The translations under genes and the position numbers were made by a program. Under the pieces are notes generated by a model. It saw only the letters and a program-made list of their open reading frames with translations, was not told the origin of the DNA and did not search any database. Shown one piece after another: positions 37,429-47,805 of a DNA stretch of 64,000 bases (the stretch's first letter is position 1; each line of letters begins with the position of its first letter). The stretch covers positions 41,104 through 105,103 of the forward strand of contig JBILMD010000002.1 in the NCBI GenBank assembly GCA_044375675.1, written 5' to 3'. Source of the DNA: Alphaproteobacteria bacterium (lineage in GTDB: Bacteria > Pseudomonadota > Alphaproteobacteria > JAJTHO01 > CANGYM01).

Positions 37429-39689
37429 CAAAATTCGACGATGCGGCGTTAAATTATCACGAGTTTCCAAGGCCAGGGAAGCTGGAAATCAAACCCACGA
37501 AAAATCTGAGCAATCAAAGGGATCTGGCTCTGGCCTATTCCCCAGGGGTGGCTGCCCCCTGTCTGGCCATTGTGGATGATGAAGAGGCCATTTTCCGTTA
37601 CACCAACCGCCGCAACTTGGTGGCCGTCATCAGCAACGGAACCGCAGTTTTGGGTTTGGGCAACATCGGCCCCAAAGCGGCCAAGCCCGTGATGGAGGGC
37701 AAGGCCGTTTTGTTTAAAAAATTTGCCAACATTGATTGTTTTGATATCGAAATTGATGAACAGGATCCCAGCAAATTGATTGATATCGTGGCATCGCTGG
37801 CCCCCACGTTTGGCGGGATCAATTTAGAGGATATCAAAGCCCCCGATTGTTTTCTGGTGGAACAGGCGCTGGCGGCGAAGTTAGACATTCCGGTTTTTCA
37901 TGACGATCAGCATGGCACGGCCATCATTGTGGCGGCGGCGTTGGTGAATGCCATTGAGGTGGCGGGAAAAACCCTGGAAACCGTCAAACTGACAACCTCC
38001 GGCGGCGGGGCGGCGGCCTTGGCATGTTTGGATATGCTGGTGAAATTGGGGCTGCCACGGGACAACATCATTGTCACCGATCTTTATGGTGTGGTTTATC
38101 GGGGTCGGGAAGAGGGCATGAATCCCTTCCTCAGTAAATTTGCCTCTGGAACATCAGCGCGGACTTTGGAGGGGGCCCTCGTCGGGGTGGATATTTTTCT
38201 GGGCCTCAGCGCCCCCAATGTGCTAAAGCCCGAATGGCTCAAAGGCATGAATCAAAACCCCATCGTTTTTGCGCTGGCCAATCCGGATCCTGAGATTCTT
38301 CCGTCCCTGACAAAGGCGGCCCGTCCCGATGCCATTATTGCCACCGGTCGGTCGGATTATCCCAATCAGGTCAACAATGTATTGTGTTTTCCCTATATTT
38401 TCCGTGGGGCGCTGGATGTGGGGGCCACCTGCATCAACGATGCCATGAAAATTGCGTGTGTGAAGGCCATTGCGGATTTGGCCAAGGCCGAGCCATCCGA
38501 AGTGGTCGCCCGCGCCTATAACAGTGCCGAATCCATGATTTTCGGGCGGGATTATTTGATTCCTAAACCCTTTGATCCCCGTTTGTATGTCCATATCACG
38601 GCGGCGGTGGCTCAGGCGGCTATGGACTCGGGGGTGGCGAAACGGCCCCTTTCCGATATCAAGGCCTATATTCAGGGGCTGAATCAGTTTGTGATCCGCT
38701 CGGGTCTGCTGATGCGTCCCGTGTTTGATCGGGCCCGCGGCAGCGGCAAAAAAATTGTTTTTGCCGAAGGGGACGATGACCGCGTGTTGCGGGCAGGTCA
38801 GATTCTGGTGGACGAGGGGTTGGCCCGCCCTGTGTTCATCGGGGATCCCGCCATGATTGAAGGCCGTCTGGAACAGTTGGGATTAAAAATTCAAATCGGC
38901 GCCCATTGTGATGTGGTTGATCCTGCCCATAATCCGGGTTATGCCCATCACTGGCGCATGTATCACCAGATTACCGCCCGTCATGGGGTTTCACCAGACA
39001 AAGCCCAGTTTATTGTGGGCACCGATACAACGGTTCTGGCCGCCTTGCTGGTGAAGAGTGGACACGCCGATGCCATGCTGTGCGGGATTCGGGGATCGTA
39101 TCAAGAAAGCCTGAAGCACATTAACCGCATTATTGGCCTAAAGGCGGGTGTTAAACGCTGCTCGGCCCTGTCTATTCTGATTTTGCCGCGGGGCGTTTAC
39201 TTTTTTTCCGATACCTACGTGAATCCCGATCCCAGCGCAGAAGATCTGGTGGATATGATCTTTTTGGGTGCGGATCAAATTCGCCGGTTTGGTTTGGAGC
39301 CCAAGGTGGCCCTGTTATCCCATTCCAATTTCGGCAGCAGCAAATTGCCCTCTGCCAAAAAAATGGCCCGTGTTCGCGAGCTTTTGCTGGCAAAGGATCC
39401 CTCTTTCCCCGTAGAGGGCGAAATGCATGCCGATGCGGCCCTGGATACAACGGTGCGGGATCGTATTTTCCCTGATTCCGCCTTTGCGGGGGAGGCCAAT
39501 TTTCTGGTGATGCCGTCACTGGATGCGGCCAACATTGCCTATACCATGACCAAGGCGCTGGGAGAGGGATTGCCCATCGGGCCCCTGTTGCTGGGTGTGG
39601 ATCGTCCGGCGTATGTGGCAACGCCCTCCATCACCGCGCGGGGCCTTGTGAATATGGCAGCCATTGCGGTTGTTGATGCAGAAGGGTAG
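37425..39689 (+). CDS. maeB: NADP-dependent malic enzyme with C-terminal phosphotransacetylase-like domain
   Basis: ATG at 37425 (ATGA overlap with the ribH stop) within ORF 37242..39689. Malic-enzyme N-terminal and NAD domains (LALAYSPGVA, GTAVLGLGNIGP) followed by a PTA-like C-terminal half. Confidence 0.9.
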   Translation: MTKFDDAALNYHEFPRPGKLEIKPTKNLSNQRDLALAYSPGVAAPCLAIVDDEEAIFRYTNRRNLVAVISNGTAVLGLGNIGPKAAKPVMEGKAVLFKKFANIDCFDIEIDEQDPSKLIDIVASLAPTFGGINLEDIKAPDCFLVEQALAAKLDIPVFHDDQHGTAIIVAAALVNAIEVAGKTLETVKLTTSGGGAAALACLDMLVKLGLPRDNIIVTDLYGVVYRGREEGMNPFLSKFASGTSARTLEGALVGVDIFLGLSAPNVLKPEWLKGMNQNPIVFALANPDPEILPSLTKAARPDAIIATGRSDYPNQVNNVLCFPYIFRGALDVGATCINDAMKIACVKAIADLAKAEPSEVVARAYNSAESMIFGRDYLIPKPFDPRLYVHITAAVAQAAMDSGVAKRPLSDIKAYIQGLNQFVIRSGLLMRPVFDRARGSGKKIVFAEGDDDRVLRAGQILVDEGLARPVFIGDPAMIEGRLEQLGLKIQIGAHCDVVDPAHNPGYAHHWRMYHQITARHGVSPDKAQFIVGTDTTVLAALLVKSGHADAMLCGIRGSYQESLKHINRIIGLKAGVKRCSALSILILPRGVYFFSDTYVNPDPSAEDLVDMIFLGADQIRRFGLEPKVALLSHSNFGSSKLPSAKKMARVRELLLAKDPSFPVEGEMHADAALDTTVRDRIFPDSAFAGEANFLVMPSLDAANIAYTMTKALGEGLPIGPLLLGVDRPAYVATPSITARGLVNMAAIAVVDAEG

Positions 39690-39695
39690 GGGGGC

Positions 39696-41048
39696 ATGGC
39701 CGATGAAAAGGAATGGACCCCTGAACATTTATCGGCTCTTTTGGATTTAGAGACGGTGGAAAGCCGCATGGCTTTACCGGCCGCTTTAAGGACCCTGCAC
39801 CCCGCCGATGCCGCAGAATGGATCCACAGCCTGAGTGATGAAGATCAGCGGGACGTGGCCTGCCGGCTGGATGCCGATACGCTGTCGGACATTTTAACCT
39901 ATTTGAACGAGCCTGCCCGCGAAATTATCATTCCCCATTTGGACGAGAAGATCCTCACAGAAGCCTTCCGTCAGATGGACACGGATGATGCGGTTCAGAT
40001 CATCGAGGCCTTTCGGCCCGAGGATAAAGAACAGCTGCTCTCGGCCCTGCCGTCCAAAGAGCGTGTGATTTTAGAAGAATCGCTGGTTTATCCCGAAGAG
40101 TCCGCCGGACGATTGATGCAGCGCGACTGTGTCACCGCGCCCGAGCATTGGGACGTGGGCCAGATGATCGATTATGTCCGCAGTCATCGCAATTTGCCGG
40201 ATGATTTTTATGATGTGTTTATTGTGGATGCGAAAAACCGTCCCCTCGGCGTGTTGCCGTTATCCCGCCTGATTCGATCACGCCGCAGCCAGAGTTTATC
40301 CGAGCTGATGGAAACGCAGCTGCACACCATCGCAGCAGAAGAAGATCAGGAAAACGTGGCCTTTTTGTTTCGAAAATACGGTTTGGTTTCCGCCCCTGTG
40401 GTGAATAAGAGTGGTCATATTTTGGGGATGATCACCGTGGATGACGTGGTTCACATCATTGATCGGGAAATTGAGGAAGATTTTTTGCGTCTGGCCGGTG
40501 TATCCTCCAGCGGTCAGGTGTACAAAGCGGCGTGGCGTTCGGCTTTTGGGCGGTTTCAGTGGTTGTTTGTGAACTTGCTCACAGCCATTTTGGCATCCCT
40601 GGTGATTTCGCAATTTCAGGACTCTATCAGCAGTTTGGTGGCGTTGGCGGTTTTGATGCCCATTGTGGCCTCTATGGGGGGCAATTCGGGAACCCAAACC
40701 TTAACCATCATCGTGCGGGCACTGGCCATGCGTCATATCGGGAATGAAAACCGGCTAAGTGTGGTCAGCAAAGAAATCATGACGGGTCTGTTGCTGGGCA
40801 CCGTGTTTGCGGTCCTTAGCGGGGTTGTGACCTATTTATGGTTTCATAATGCCAAGCTGGGGATTGTGATGGCGGCGGCCATGCTGGCCAATCTGGTGGC
40901 GGCCAGTGCGGCGGGGGCTTTGATCCCCCTGAGTCTTAAGAAAATGGGTCTGGATCCGGCTCTGTCCTCCACAGTGTTTTTGACCACCGTGACGGATGTT
41001 GTTGGCTTTTTTGCCTTTTTGGGATTGGCCAGCGCGTTTTTGGTGTGA
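39696..41048 (+). CDS. mgtE: magnesium transporter MgtE
   Basis: MgtE N-domain, tandem CBS region and C-terminal TM domain (…GGNSGTQTLTIIVRALA…). Confidence 0.9.
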   Translation: MADEKEWTPEHLSALLDLETVESRMALPAALRTLHPADAAEWIHSLSDEDQRDVACRLDADTLSDILTYLNEPAREIIIPHLDEKILTEAFRQMDTDDAVQIIEAFRPEDKEQLLSALPSKERVILEESLVYPEESAGRLMQRDCVTAPEHWDVGQMIDYVRSHRNLPDDFYDVFIVDAKNRPLGVLPLSRLIRSRRSQSLSELMETQLHTIAAEEDQENVAFLFRKYGLVSAPVVNKSGHILGMITVDDVVHIIDREIEEDFLRLAGVSSSGQVYKAAWRSAFGRFQWLFVNLLTAILASLVISQFQDSISSLVALAVLMPIVASMGGNSGTQTLTIIVRALAMRHIGNENRLSVVSKEIMTGLLLGTVFAVLSGVVTYLWFHNAKLGIVMAAAMLANLVAASAAGALIPLSLKKMGLDPALSSTVFLTTVTDVVGFFAFLGLASAFLV

Positions 41049-41056
41049 TGGCTGTC

Positions 41057-42019
41057 TTATCCAACCAAATCGGCCAAAATATCCGCAACGCTTTCTTCCC
41101 GTGTGACCATCCCCACACTTTGGCCGCACATCAGGGATCCTGTGTCCACATCCCCATCCATCACCGCGCGGCGAAGGGCGCCGGCCCAGTAATGTTCAAT
41201 TTTCAATTGACCCTCTTTCAGGGTCAGGGCGCCGCGGTCCACCTCATCAATGACGTGTCGTTGAAACGTTACAAAATCGTCCATCCCCTGATTTTTTAGG
41301 GCGCGGACAGGAATAACCGGAAAGCGTTTATCCAGTTGCACGGAAACAATGGCATCTCGGGCGCTGGCTTTGATAAAAGCGGTTTTAAAGTTAGGGTGCG
41401 CTCTGGATTCTGTGGCACACACAAAACGGGTCCCCAGTTGGCAGCCTGCGGCCCCCATGTCCATATACGCCTGTATGGCCTTGCGACTGCCGATGCCACC
41501 TGCCACAAAAACAGGAACCTCTGTGATGGTGCCCAGAATCTCTTGGACCAAAACGGTGGTGCTGACGGGGCCGATGTGGCCGCCAGCTTCATGGCCCTCG
41601 ATAATCAGGGCATCAATGCCGGATTTGACCAGTTTTTTGGCAATGCCCGCATTGGGGGCAAAGCCCATGACCTTCACGTGATCCTGATGGGCCCGATCGA
41701 TGTGGGTTTTGCTAGGAATACCGCCGGCAAAGACCAGATGGGATACCTTTTCCTCGCAAACCACATCAATCAGGGTATCCAGTTCCGGATGCATCAAAAT
41801 CAGATTGACCCCAAAGGGCTTATCGGTCAGGGCGCGTGTGGCCTGAATTTCCTCGCGCAGTCGCTCTGGCGACATGGCCCCACAGGCCAAAACCCCAAAA
41901 GCCCCAGCATTCGACAGGGCGGAAACAAGGGAGCGTTCCGATACCCACGTCATGCCCCCCCCCAAAATGGGATAATGGCACCCTAAAAAATCCGTGCCCC
42001 GCTGATGATTCACGGTCAT
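41057..42019 (-). CDS. nitronate monooxygenase / FabK-like 2-nitropropane dioxygenase family protein
   Basis: TIM-barrel NMO motifs (IIEGHEAGGHIGP, VFVAGGIG). Confidence 0.8.
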   Translation of the reverse strand: MTVNHQRGTDFLGCHYPILGGGMTWVSERSLVSALSNAGAFGVLACGAMSPERLREEIQATRALTDKPFGVNLILMHPELDTLIDVVCEEKVSHLVFAGGIPSKTHIDRAHQDHVKVMGFAPNAGIAKKLVKSGIDALIIEGHEAGGHIGPVSTTVLVQEILGTITEVPVFVAGGIGSRKAIQAYMDMGAAGCQLGTRFVCATESRAHPNFKTAFIKASARDAIVSVQLDKRFPVIPVRALKNQGMDDFVTFQRHVIDEVDRGALTLKEGQLKIEHYWAGALRRAVMDGDVDTGSLMCGQSVGMVTREESVADILADLVG

Positions 42020-43245
42020 AAAACGGGTGTTCCGTGATCCAGACCATAGGCGGTATGCAGGGATCTGACCGCCAGCTCGGTATAGGCATCATCAATCAAA
42101 ACGCTGATTTTGATCTCAGAGGTAGAAATCACCTGAATGTTGATTTTCTTATCGGCCAAGGTTTCAAACATTTTTTTCGCCACCCCGACGTGGCTGCGCA
42201 TACCCAATCCCACAACGCTGATTTTGGCAACATCTTGCCGGATATCCAGGGCATCATAGCCCAAGGTTTCCTTGAGTTCGCCTAAAATCACTTTGGTTCG
42301 CGCCGCATCACTGCGCGTGACGGTAAAGGTCATATCCGTGCGTCCATCGCCGCCTGCGTTGGTTTGCACAATCATATCCACGTTGATCCCCGCATCTGCG
42401 AGACGACCAAACAAAGACGCCGATATCCCGGGTTGATCCACCACCTTAAACAAAGACACCTTGGCCTCGTCCCGTGTATAGGTGACGCCGCGGATCACTT
42501 CACTTTCCAAAACGCGGCTTTCATCCACCACCATGGTTCCCTCACTTTCTGTAAAACTGGATCGCACTTGAACAGCAACCCCTTCTTTCATGGCCAATTC
42601 CACCGAACGGGTTTGCAGCACTTTGGCCCCCAAAGAGGCCATTTCCAGCATTTCCTCATAACTGATGGTATGCAGTTTCCGCGCCGCTGGCACAATACGG
42701 GGATCACAGGTATAAACCCCGTCAACATCGGTATAAATATCGCAGCGATCGGCCTTTAATGCCGCCGCCAAAGCCACGGCCGCTGTATCACTGCCGCCCC
42801 GTCCCACCGTTGTGATGCGTCCATCGGGGGCCACCCCCTGAAATCCCGCCACCACAGGAACCTCTCCGCGGGTCATAGAGGCCACAAGGTCTTTGCCCTC
42901 AATGCCTAAAATGCGGGCCTTGGCGTGCAGGGCGGATGTGCGGATGGGAATTTGCCACCCCAACCAAGAACGGGCCGTCAAGCCGTGGTCCTGTAAAAGG
43001 AGGGCCATCAATCCGGCCGTGACCTGCTCCCCCGTGGAAACCACAGCGTCATATTCCCGTGGGTCATGGATGGGGCTGGCCTCTTCGACCCAGCGCACCA
43101 GTTGGTTGGTGGTGCCGGCCATGGCGGATACCACCACGGCGACCTCGTGGCCGGCTTGGATCTCACGGGCGACGATGGTTGCCACATGGCGCATGCGGCC
43201 AATATCGGCCACAGAGGTTCCCCCAAATTTTAAAACCAAACGCAT
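42016..43245 (-). CDS. lysC: aspartate kinase
   Basis: KFGGTSV N-terminus and two C-terminal ACT domains. 4-nt overlap with the downstream gene. Confidence 0.9.
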   Translation of the reverse strand: MRLVLKFGGTSVADIGRMRHVATIVAREIQAGHEVAVVVSAMAGTTNQLVRWVEEASPIHDPREYDAVVSTGEQVTAGLMALLLQDHGLTARSWLGWQIPIRTSALHAKARILGIEGKDLVASMTRGEVPVVAGFQGVAPDGRITTVGRGGSDTAAVALAAALKADRCDIYTDVDGVYTCDPRIVPAARKLHTISYEEMLEMASLGAKVLQTRSVELAMKEGVAVQVRSSFTESEGTMVVDESRVLESEVIRGVTYTRDEAKVSLFKVVDQPGISASLFGRLADAGINVDMIVQTNAGGDGRTDMTFTVTRSDAARTKVILGELKETLGYDALDIRQDVAKISVVGLGMRSHVGVAKKMFETLADKKINIQVISTSEIKISVLIDDAYTELAVRSLHTAYGLDHGTPVL

Positions 43246-43266
43246 GGCCTGTTCAAAACAACAGGC

Positions 43267-43500
43267 TTAGGCCGTGCCGCCCGGGAACGTCATGCCCTTA
43301 AACCGCTTGTTAAAGCGGGACAATTGTCCGGCATCGGTCAATTTCCGCTGGCCACCCACCCAAGCGGGATGGGTTTTGGGGTCAATGTCCAAATTCATGG
43401 TGTCCCCTGGCTTTCCCCAAGTGGTGCGGGTTTTAAAAGATGTCCCATCGGTCATAACAACCGTAATTTCATGGTATTTGGGGTGAATGCCAGATTTCAT
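43267..43500 (-). CDS. rpmE: 50S ribosomal protein L31
   Basis: [22 protein letters not shown]… is typical of L31. Confidence 0.9.
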   Translation of the reverse strand: MKSGIHPKYHEITVVMTDGTSFKTRTTWGKPGDTMNLDIDPKTHPAWVGGQRKLTDAGQLSRFNKRFKGMTFPGGTA

Positions 43501-43790
43501 AACAAAAAAGCCTCTTTTAAAATCAAGGGCCTCACCTTAAAAGAAGCGCCAGAATTGTCAAGGACATATTTATAGCCCATCGCATAGAAACGGATCCTTG
43601 GCCGACCGTTCGCCTGCCCATAATCTGCCTTTGGGATGGGCGTGGATGGTGTCAAAAAAATCTCAAAAAAAACCTTGCATGCAGGGCGCAGTTTGTGTAT
43701 CACGGGTTTCGTTTTGATTGCGCCAACAGAGGTTTGCAAAGGCAACGCAAGAAAAGCGCTGTGTCAACGTTTTTGGGGTCTTTATGCGAA

Positions 43791-44999
43791 ATGAGCACCA
43801 CGACAACTGCTACAGCCCTGTCCTTGCGACAGCTTTGTGATCCTGCGGTTTTGTATCGCCCCCATGCTTTGGCGGCAGCGACCCAGTATTTTCACGACAA
43901 TTTTCAGGCTCGGTTGCTTTACGCCGTAAAGACCAACCCTGATCCTGTCATCTTGACCGATTTGTATCGGGCAGGGGTGCGCTCTTTTGATGTGGCATCC
44001 TTGACAGAGGCTGAGGATCTCTCTGGCCGATTCCCCGATGCCACATTGTTTTACATGCATCCGGTCAAGCCCCGTCATGCCATTGCCAAGGCCTACCACG
44101 ACTTTGGTGTGCGGCATTTTTCGCTGGATTCCGAGGCGGAGCTGAGAAAAATCCTAGAAGAAACAGGGCACGCCAAGGACCTGTCGCTGCATGTTCGCTT
44201 GGCCATGCCCAACAGCTATTCGGAAATTACGCTGGCCAACAAATTTGGTGTGGCCCTGCATGATGCGCCGGCGTTGATTGGTTTGGTGTCCCAGCATGCC
44301 GCCGAAGTGGGCATTTCTTTTCATGTGGGATCCCAGTGCATGAATCCCGATGCCTACCGCATTGCCATTCGCATGTGCCGCACGGTGTTGGATGATTTGC
44401 CCACCCCCCCGCAGTATTTCAATGTCGGGGGTGGGTTTCCGTCCATTTATCCCGGGTTAACGCCGCCGGATTTGCATTTGTATTTTGATGCCATCCACGA
44501 AGCCTTTTCCCACCTGCCAAACCACGAAAACATGACCCTGCTGGCTGAGCCAGGGCGGGCTCTGGTGGCCGAAAGCGGATCGGTTTTGGTGCGTGTGGAT
44601 ATGCGGCGGGGGGATACCCTGTATATCAACGATGGCACCTACGGCAGTTTGTTTGATGCGGGGCAGCTTGGGTTTGTGTTTCCCACGCGCCTGCATCGCG
44701 CGTCCTTGCGGGTGCCCAAGGCGGAACATGCGTTCCGGTTTTACGGCCCAACGTGTGATTCCATGGATGTTATGCAGGGCCCCTTCATGGTGCCCGATGA
44801 TGTGCAAGAGGGGGATTACATCGAAATTGGTCAACTGGGGGCCTACGGCTGCACCATGGCCACAAAGTTCAATGGTTTCACGCAGGACTCTGTTTTGTAT
44901 ACGGTTTCGGATGATCCGTTGCTCAGTTTATATCCCGCTTTCACCAAACCGCAGGAACAATTGCGCAAACCCCTTGCGTTTACAGGAAAAAAGTGGTAG
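43791..44999 (+). CDS. ornithine/lysine decarboxylase (fold-III PLP-dependent, eukaryotic-ODC-like)
   Basis: ATG at 43791 within ORF 43695..44999. YAVKTN PLP-Lys motif. GGGF and EPGR motifs. C-terminal beta-barrel domain. Confidence 0.8.
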   Translation: MSTTTTATALSLRQLCDPAVLYRPHALAAATQYFHDNFQARLLYAVKTNPDPVILTDLYRAGVRSFDVASLTEAEDLSGRFPDATLFYMHPVKPRHAIAKAYHDFGVRHFSLDSEAELRKILEETGHAKDLSLHVRLAMPNSYSEITLANKFGVALHDAPALIGLVSQHAAEVGISFHVGSQCMNPDAYRIAIRMCRTVLDDLPTPPQYFNVGGGFPSIYPGLTPPDLHLYFDAIHEAFSHLPNHENMTLLAEPGRALVAESGSVLVRVDMRRGDTLYINDGTYGSLFDAGQLGFVFPTRLHRASLRVPKAEHAFRFYGPTCDSMDVMQGPFMVPDDVQEGDYIEIGQLGAYGCTMATKFNGFTQDSVLYTVSDDPLLSLYPAFTKPQEQLRKPLAFTGKKW

Positions 45000-45039
45000 A
45001 TAATGGGGGTTATGGCAACATAACTATGACGATAAATGG

Positions 45040-45370
45040 TGTATGGAATAGGCGTTTCGGACCCGGGGGCGGAACCCGGCACCTCCACCCCAGAGCCCTT
45101 AAAAAAAAACTTTGGGGACTTTGCGGCGGGGGTGAATCAGGATCGACGGGCGTAATAAAGATATGACTTTCGTTCGGTATGGTACCGCTGTTATCGGGCC
45201 AAAACTCTAAGTGCTAACGATAACGTTACACCTCAGGCGAACCTGAAACTGGCTGCCTAACCGCGGCTTGTTTTGGATTTTCCTAGCGGTCGGGGGGCAC
45301 CGGGCAACAGAACGCCCCCACAGCTGGTTTTGATCCACAGTGGTTTCAGGACTGTTGCTTTCTTTTTGTT
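45040..45370 (+). ncRNA. ssrA: tmRNA (ssrA), two-piece circularly permuted form: acceptor piece ending ~45087, coding piece beginning 45128; outer boundaries approximate
   Basis: The 5' strand GGGGGUG (45128-45134) pairs with CACCUCC (45080-45086), including the G3.U70 wobble, followed by discriminator A. The T-arm CCGGG-GGCGGAA-CCCGG lies upstream of that. The segment GGGGGUGAAUCAGGAUCGACGGG closely resembles the E. coli tmRNA 5' end, and UUUCGGACCCGGG…CACCUCCA resembles its 3' end. Confidence 0.65.
45213..45260 (+). other. tmRNA tag-peptide reading frame: ANDNVTPQANLKLAA*
   Basis: gct aac gat aac gtt aca cct cag gcg aac ctg aaa ctg gct gcc taa, read directly from the sequence. An ANDN… start and …LAA end are the alphaproteobacterial proteolysis-tag pattern. 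Confidence 0.65.
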
Positions 45371-45588
45371 GACGCGCTTGGCGTGTTGACGCCTTTGCCC
45401 TTGATGCGGCCGGAAGATTGACCCGCCCCACACCCCTCTTTTTATGGTTGATGCCACTGATGCTTTTAGGTCTGGCCGAAATAGCTTTCTGGAAAATAGC
45501 TTGCCCTTGGCCCTGATTTTTTTGATGATGGGTCTGTGATTGATGGGCTGGCGTTAAGCAGGATTTCAGGGATGATAGGGTAAACATA

Positions 45589-47601
45589 ATGTCTCTCTGC
45601 AGAGTTTTTTGTATGCGGTTTTTGTTTTTTGCATGGATCTGTTTTGGCTTTACGGTTTCGGCGGCGGCATCGTTGTCGTCATCGGATCGGCAGGCGTATC
45701 AATCAGCCTTTGATGCCTTGGATCGGGGGCGATGGGATGATGCCCAAACGTGGGCCAGACGGGCCCAAAACCCCGTTTTAAAAGACGCCGTCACGTGGTT
45801 TCGTTTACGATCCGATCCAAAGGCTTCGGCAGATGACATAGCCGCATTTTTGGGCGCCCATCCCAATTGGCCTATGCAGGCCGCCCTTCAGGCCAAGGGT
45901 GAATCGGATATTGTGGGGCGTCAGGACGGCGCGGCGTTGACGGCTTGGTTGTTGAGATTTCCCCCCCAAACCAATGGGGGGCGCGTTCATTTTTTAAGCA
46001 TGATGGATCAGGATGCCAGCCTTCCCCGTTCTTTTATCAAATCCTATGCTGTTTTTTTGTGGCGTACCGGCGATTTTTCAGAAGCAGAGGCCAGCGATTT
46101 CATCGCCCGCTACGGGGATGTTTTGCGGGATGATGATCATCTGATGCGGGCCAGCCAGCTGGTATGGGATAAAAAATACGATCAACTGCCTATGATGCGC
46201 GGGTATTTATCGCCGCAGGCTTGGGATTTGATCGAGGCCCGCAAAGCCCTGAAAACCAAATCACGTCGCGCCGCGCAGGCCGCTTCGGCCGTTTCCGGAC
46301 GGTATCGGCAAGACCCTGGGTTTTTATCCGATGCTGCAGTTTATGCCTATGATGCCAAAAAAAATGAGGATATGGCCCGATTTTTAGGGCGCATTTCCCC
46401 TGATGCAACCGTTTTAGAGCCCGATAAAGTCTGGAAATATCAATCCATTGTGGTGCGGCGTTTTTTAAGGGATGGGGACGATAAAAAAGCCTACGCCTTC
46501 GCCGCCAACAATCACCAAAACGACGGGGAGGGGTTGGCAGAGGCAGAATTTCTAGCAGGCTTCATTGCCCTGAAAAAACTGGGGTGGGCCGAGCAATCGT
46601 TGATCCATTTTCACCGTCTGCATGATGCCGTGGAAACCCCCATCAGCCAAGCCCGCGGGGCGTACTGGTTGGCGGAAGGGTATGCCGCCCTGAACAACAC
46701 AGACAAACAACAACAGTATTTGGAAGATGCCGCCAGTCACCCCACCACGTTTTATGGCCAACTGGCGCTCAGCAAATTGGGACGCAAGGGCGTGTTGCCG
46801 CAACCCCCCGCCGCAACGCCGCTGTCTTCGGCGCCGACCCAGTTTCAGACATTTATTAAAATTTTAGGGGCCCTGAATGATCTGGGGGAAGACAAACGCA
46901 TGGTGCCGTTTGCCCGTCATACCTTTGAAACGTTCGATGATGTGGGCCTGCGCGTGGCATTGCTGGATCATCTGGTGGACTGGGGACGGATGAATCTATC
47001 TGTATCGTTGGCCAAAAAAGCCAAAAACGATGGACAATCGTTGGTGATGTTCGAATTTCCCAGCCAGTTTTCCTATATGAAAAACCTATCGACGGAAAGG
47101 CCGTTGACACTGGCCATCACGCGGCAGGAAAGTGTTTTTCAGGTGGACGCCCGCAGCCCTGTGGGGGCCATGGGCCTGATGCAGCTGATGCCTGGCACGG
47201 CCAAAATGACGGCGAAACAATTGGGTGTGGGGTATAATCAGGCCGCCCTGACACAGGATCCCCACTATAATGTCATGCTGGGCAGCGCCCATTTGGAAAC
47301 GCTGCTACAGGATTTTGATGGGGCCTATCCCATGGCTATTGCTGCCTATAATGCCGGATCGGGGGCGGTGCGTCGTTGGATTCGGGATAATGGGGATCCC
47401 CGTTATCAAACCCCCACGCATATGTTGGATTGGATTGAAAACATTCCCTACCGCGAAACACGGAATTATGTTCAGCGTGTGCTGGAGGGGTTAGAGGTTT
47501 ACCGGATGCACCTGAATGCCCCTTTGCCTGCCAAAGATCAAAAGACGATGAATCTTGCCTGGTGCCGCGCAACGTGTATCGGGGAAGAGACCAACCAATA
47601 G
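45589..47601 (+). CDS. slt: soluble lytic murein transglycosylase (Slt70 family)
   Basis: Signal peptide, long superhelical N-terminal region, and C-terminal SLT domain ESVFQVDARSPVGAMGLMQLMPGTA…AYNAG. Confidence 0.9.
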   Translation: MSLCRVFCMRFLFFAWICFGFTVSAAASLSSSDRQAYQSAFDALDRGRWDDAQTWARRAQNPVLKDAVTWFRLRSDPKASADDIAAFLGAHPNWPMQAALQAKGESDIVGRQDGAALTAWLLRFPPQTNGGRVHFLSMMDQDASLPRSFIKSYAVFLWRTGDFSEAEASDFIARYGDVLRDDDHLMRASQLVWDKKYDQLPMMRGYLSPQAWDLIEARKALKTKSRRAAQAASAVSGRYRQDPGFLSDAAVYAYDAKKNEDMARFLGRISPDATVLEPDKVWKYQSIVVRRFLRDGDDKKAYAFAANNHQNDGEGLAEAEFLAGFIALKKLGWAEQSLIHFHRLHDAVETPISQARGAYWLAEGYAALNNTDKQQQYLEDAASHPTTFYGQLALSKLGRKGVLPQPPAATPLSSAPTQFQTFIKILGALNDLGEDKRMVPFARHTFETFDDVGLRVALLDHLVDWGRMNLSVSLAKKAKNDGQSLVMFEFPSQFSYMKNLSTERPLTLAITRQESVFQVDARSPVGAMGLMQLMPGTAKMTAKQLGVGYNQAALTQDPHYNVMLGSAHLETLLQDFDGAYPMAIAAYNAGSGAVRRWIRDNGDPRYQTPTHMLDWIENIPYRETRNYVQRVLEGLEVYRMHLNAPLPAKDQKTMNLAWCRATCIGEETNQ

Positions 47602-47805
47602 GCAGAAAAATCCCATTTTTATAGCGCAAAAAAGAAAATTTTTCCCCCATAGAATCAACCACATAAACATATCCCCGCCTGGTTTCATGCAGCAACAGGC
47701 AAAATTTTCCCATCCTTTACCCTTTTTTTAGATTTCAGGTTCACACTGAGTACGTGTTTTGGGATTAACCCCAAAAAAACCAAGAATGATAAAAAAAAGA
47801 AAACC

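Noticed and set aside
41336-41986. 216-aa + strand ORF
   Set aside because: Antisense to the nitronate monooxygenase gene, which has clear TIM-barrel NMO motifs.
45369-45393. Tandem TTGACGC…TTGACGC direct repeat downstream of ssrA
   Set aside because: Only two short copies. Most simply duplicated -35-like hexamers in the slt promoter region. Not a CRISPR or repeat array.
45207-45587. 126-aa minus-strand ORF in the ssrA region
   Set aside because: It overlaps the tmRNA locus (tag frame and tRNA-like halves on the + strand). Low-complexity basic translation. Spurious.
47602-47805. Sigma-54 (-24/-12) or CtrA box upstream of fliF
   Set aside because: GG-N9-GC in GGTTTCATGCAGCAA has the wrong spacing. 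Only a TTAACC half-site is present. Not convincing by eye.
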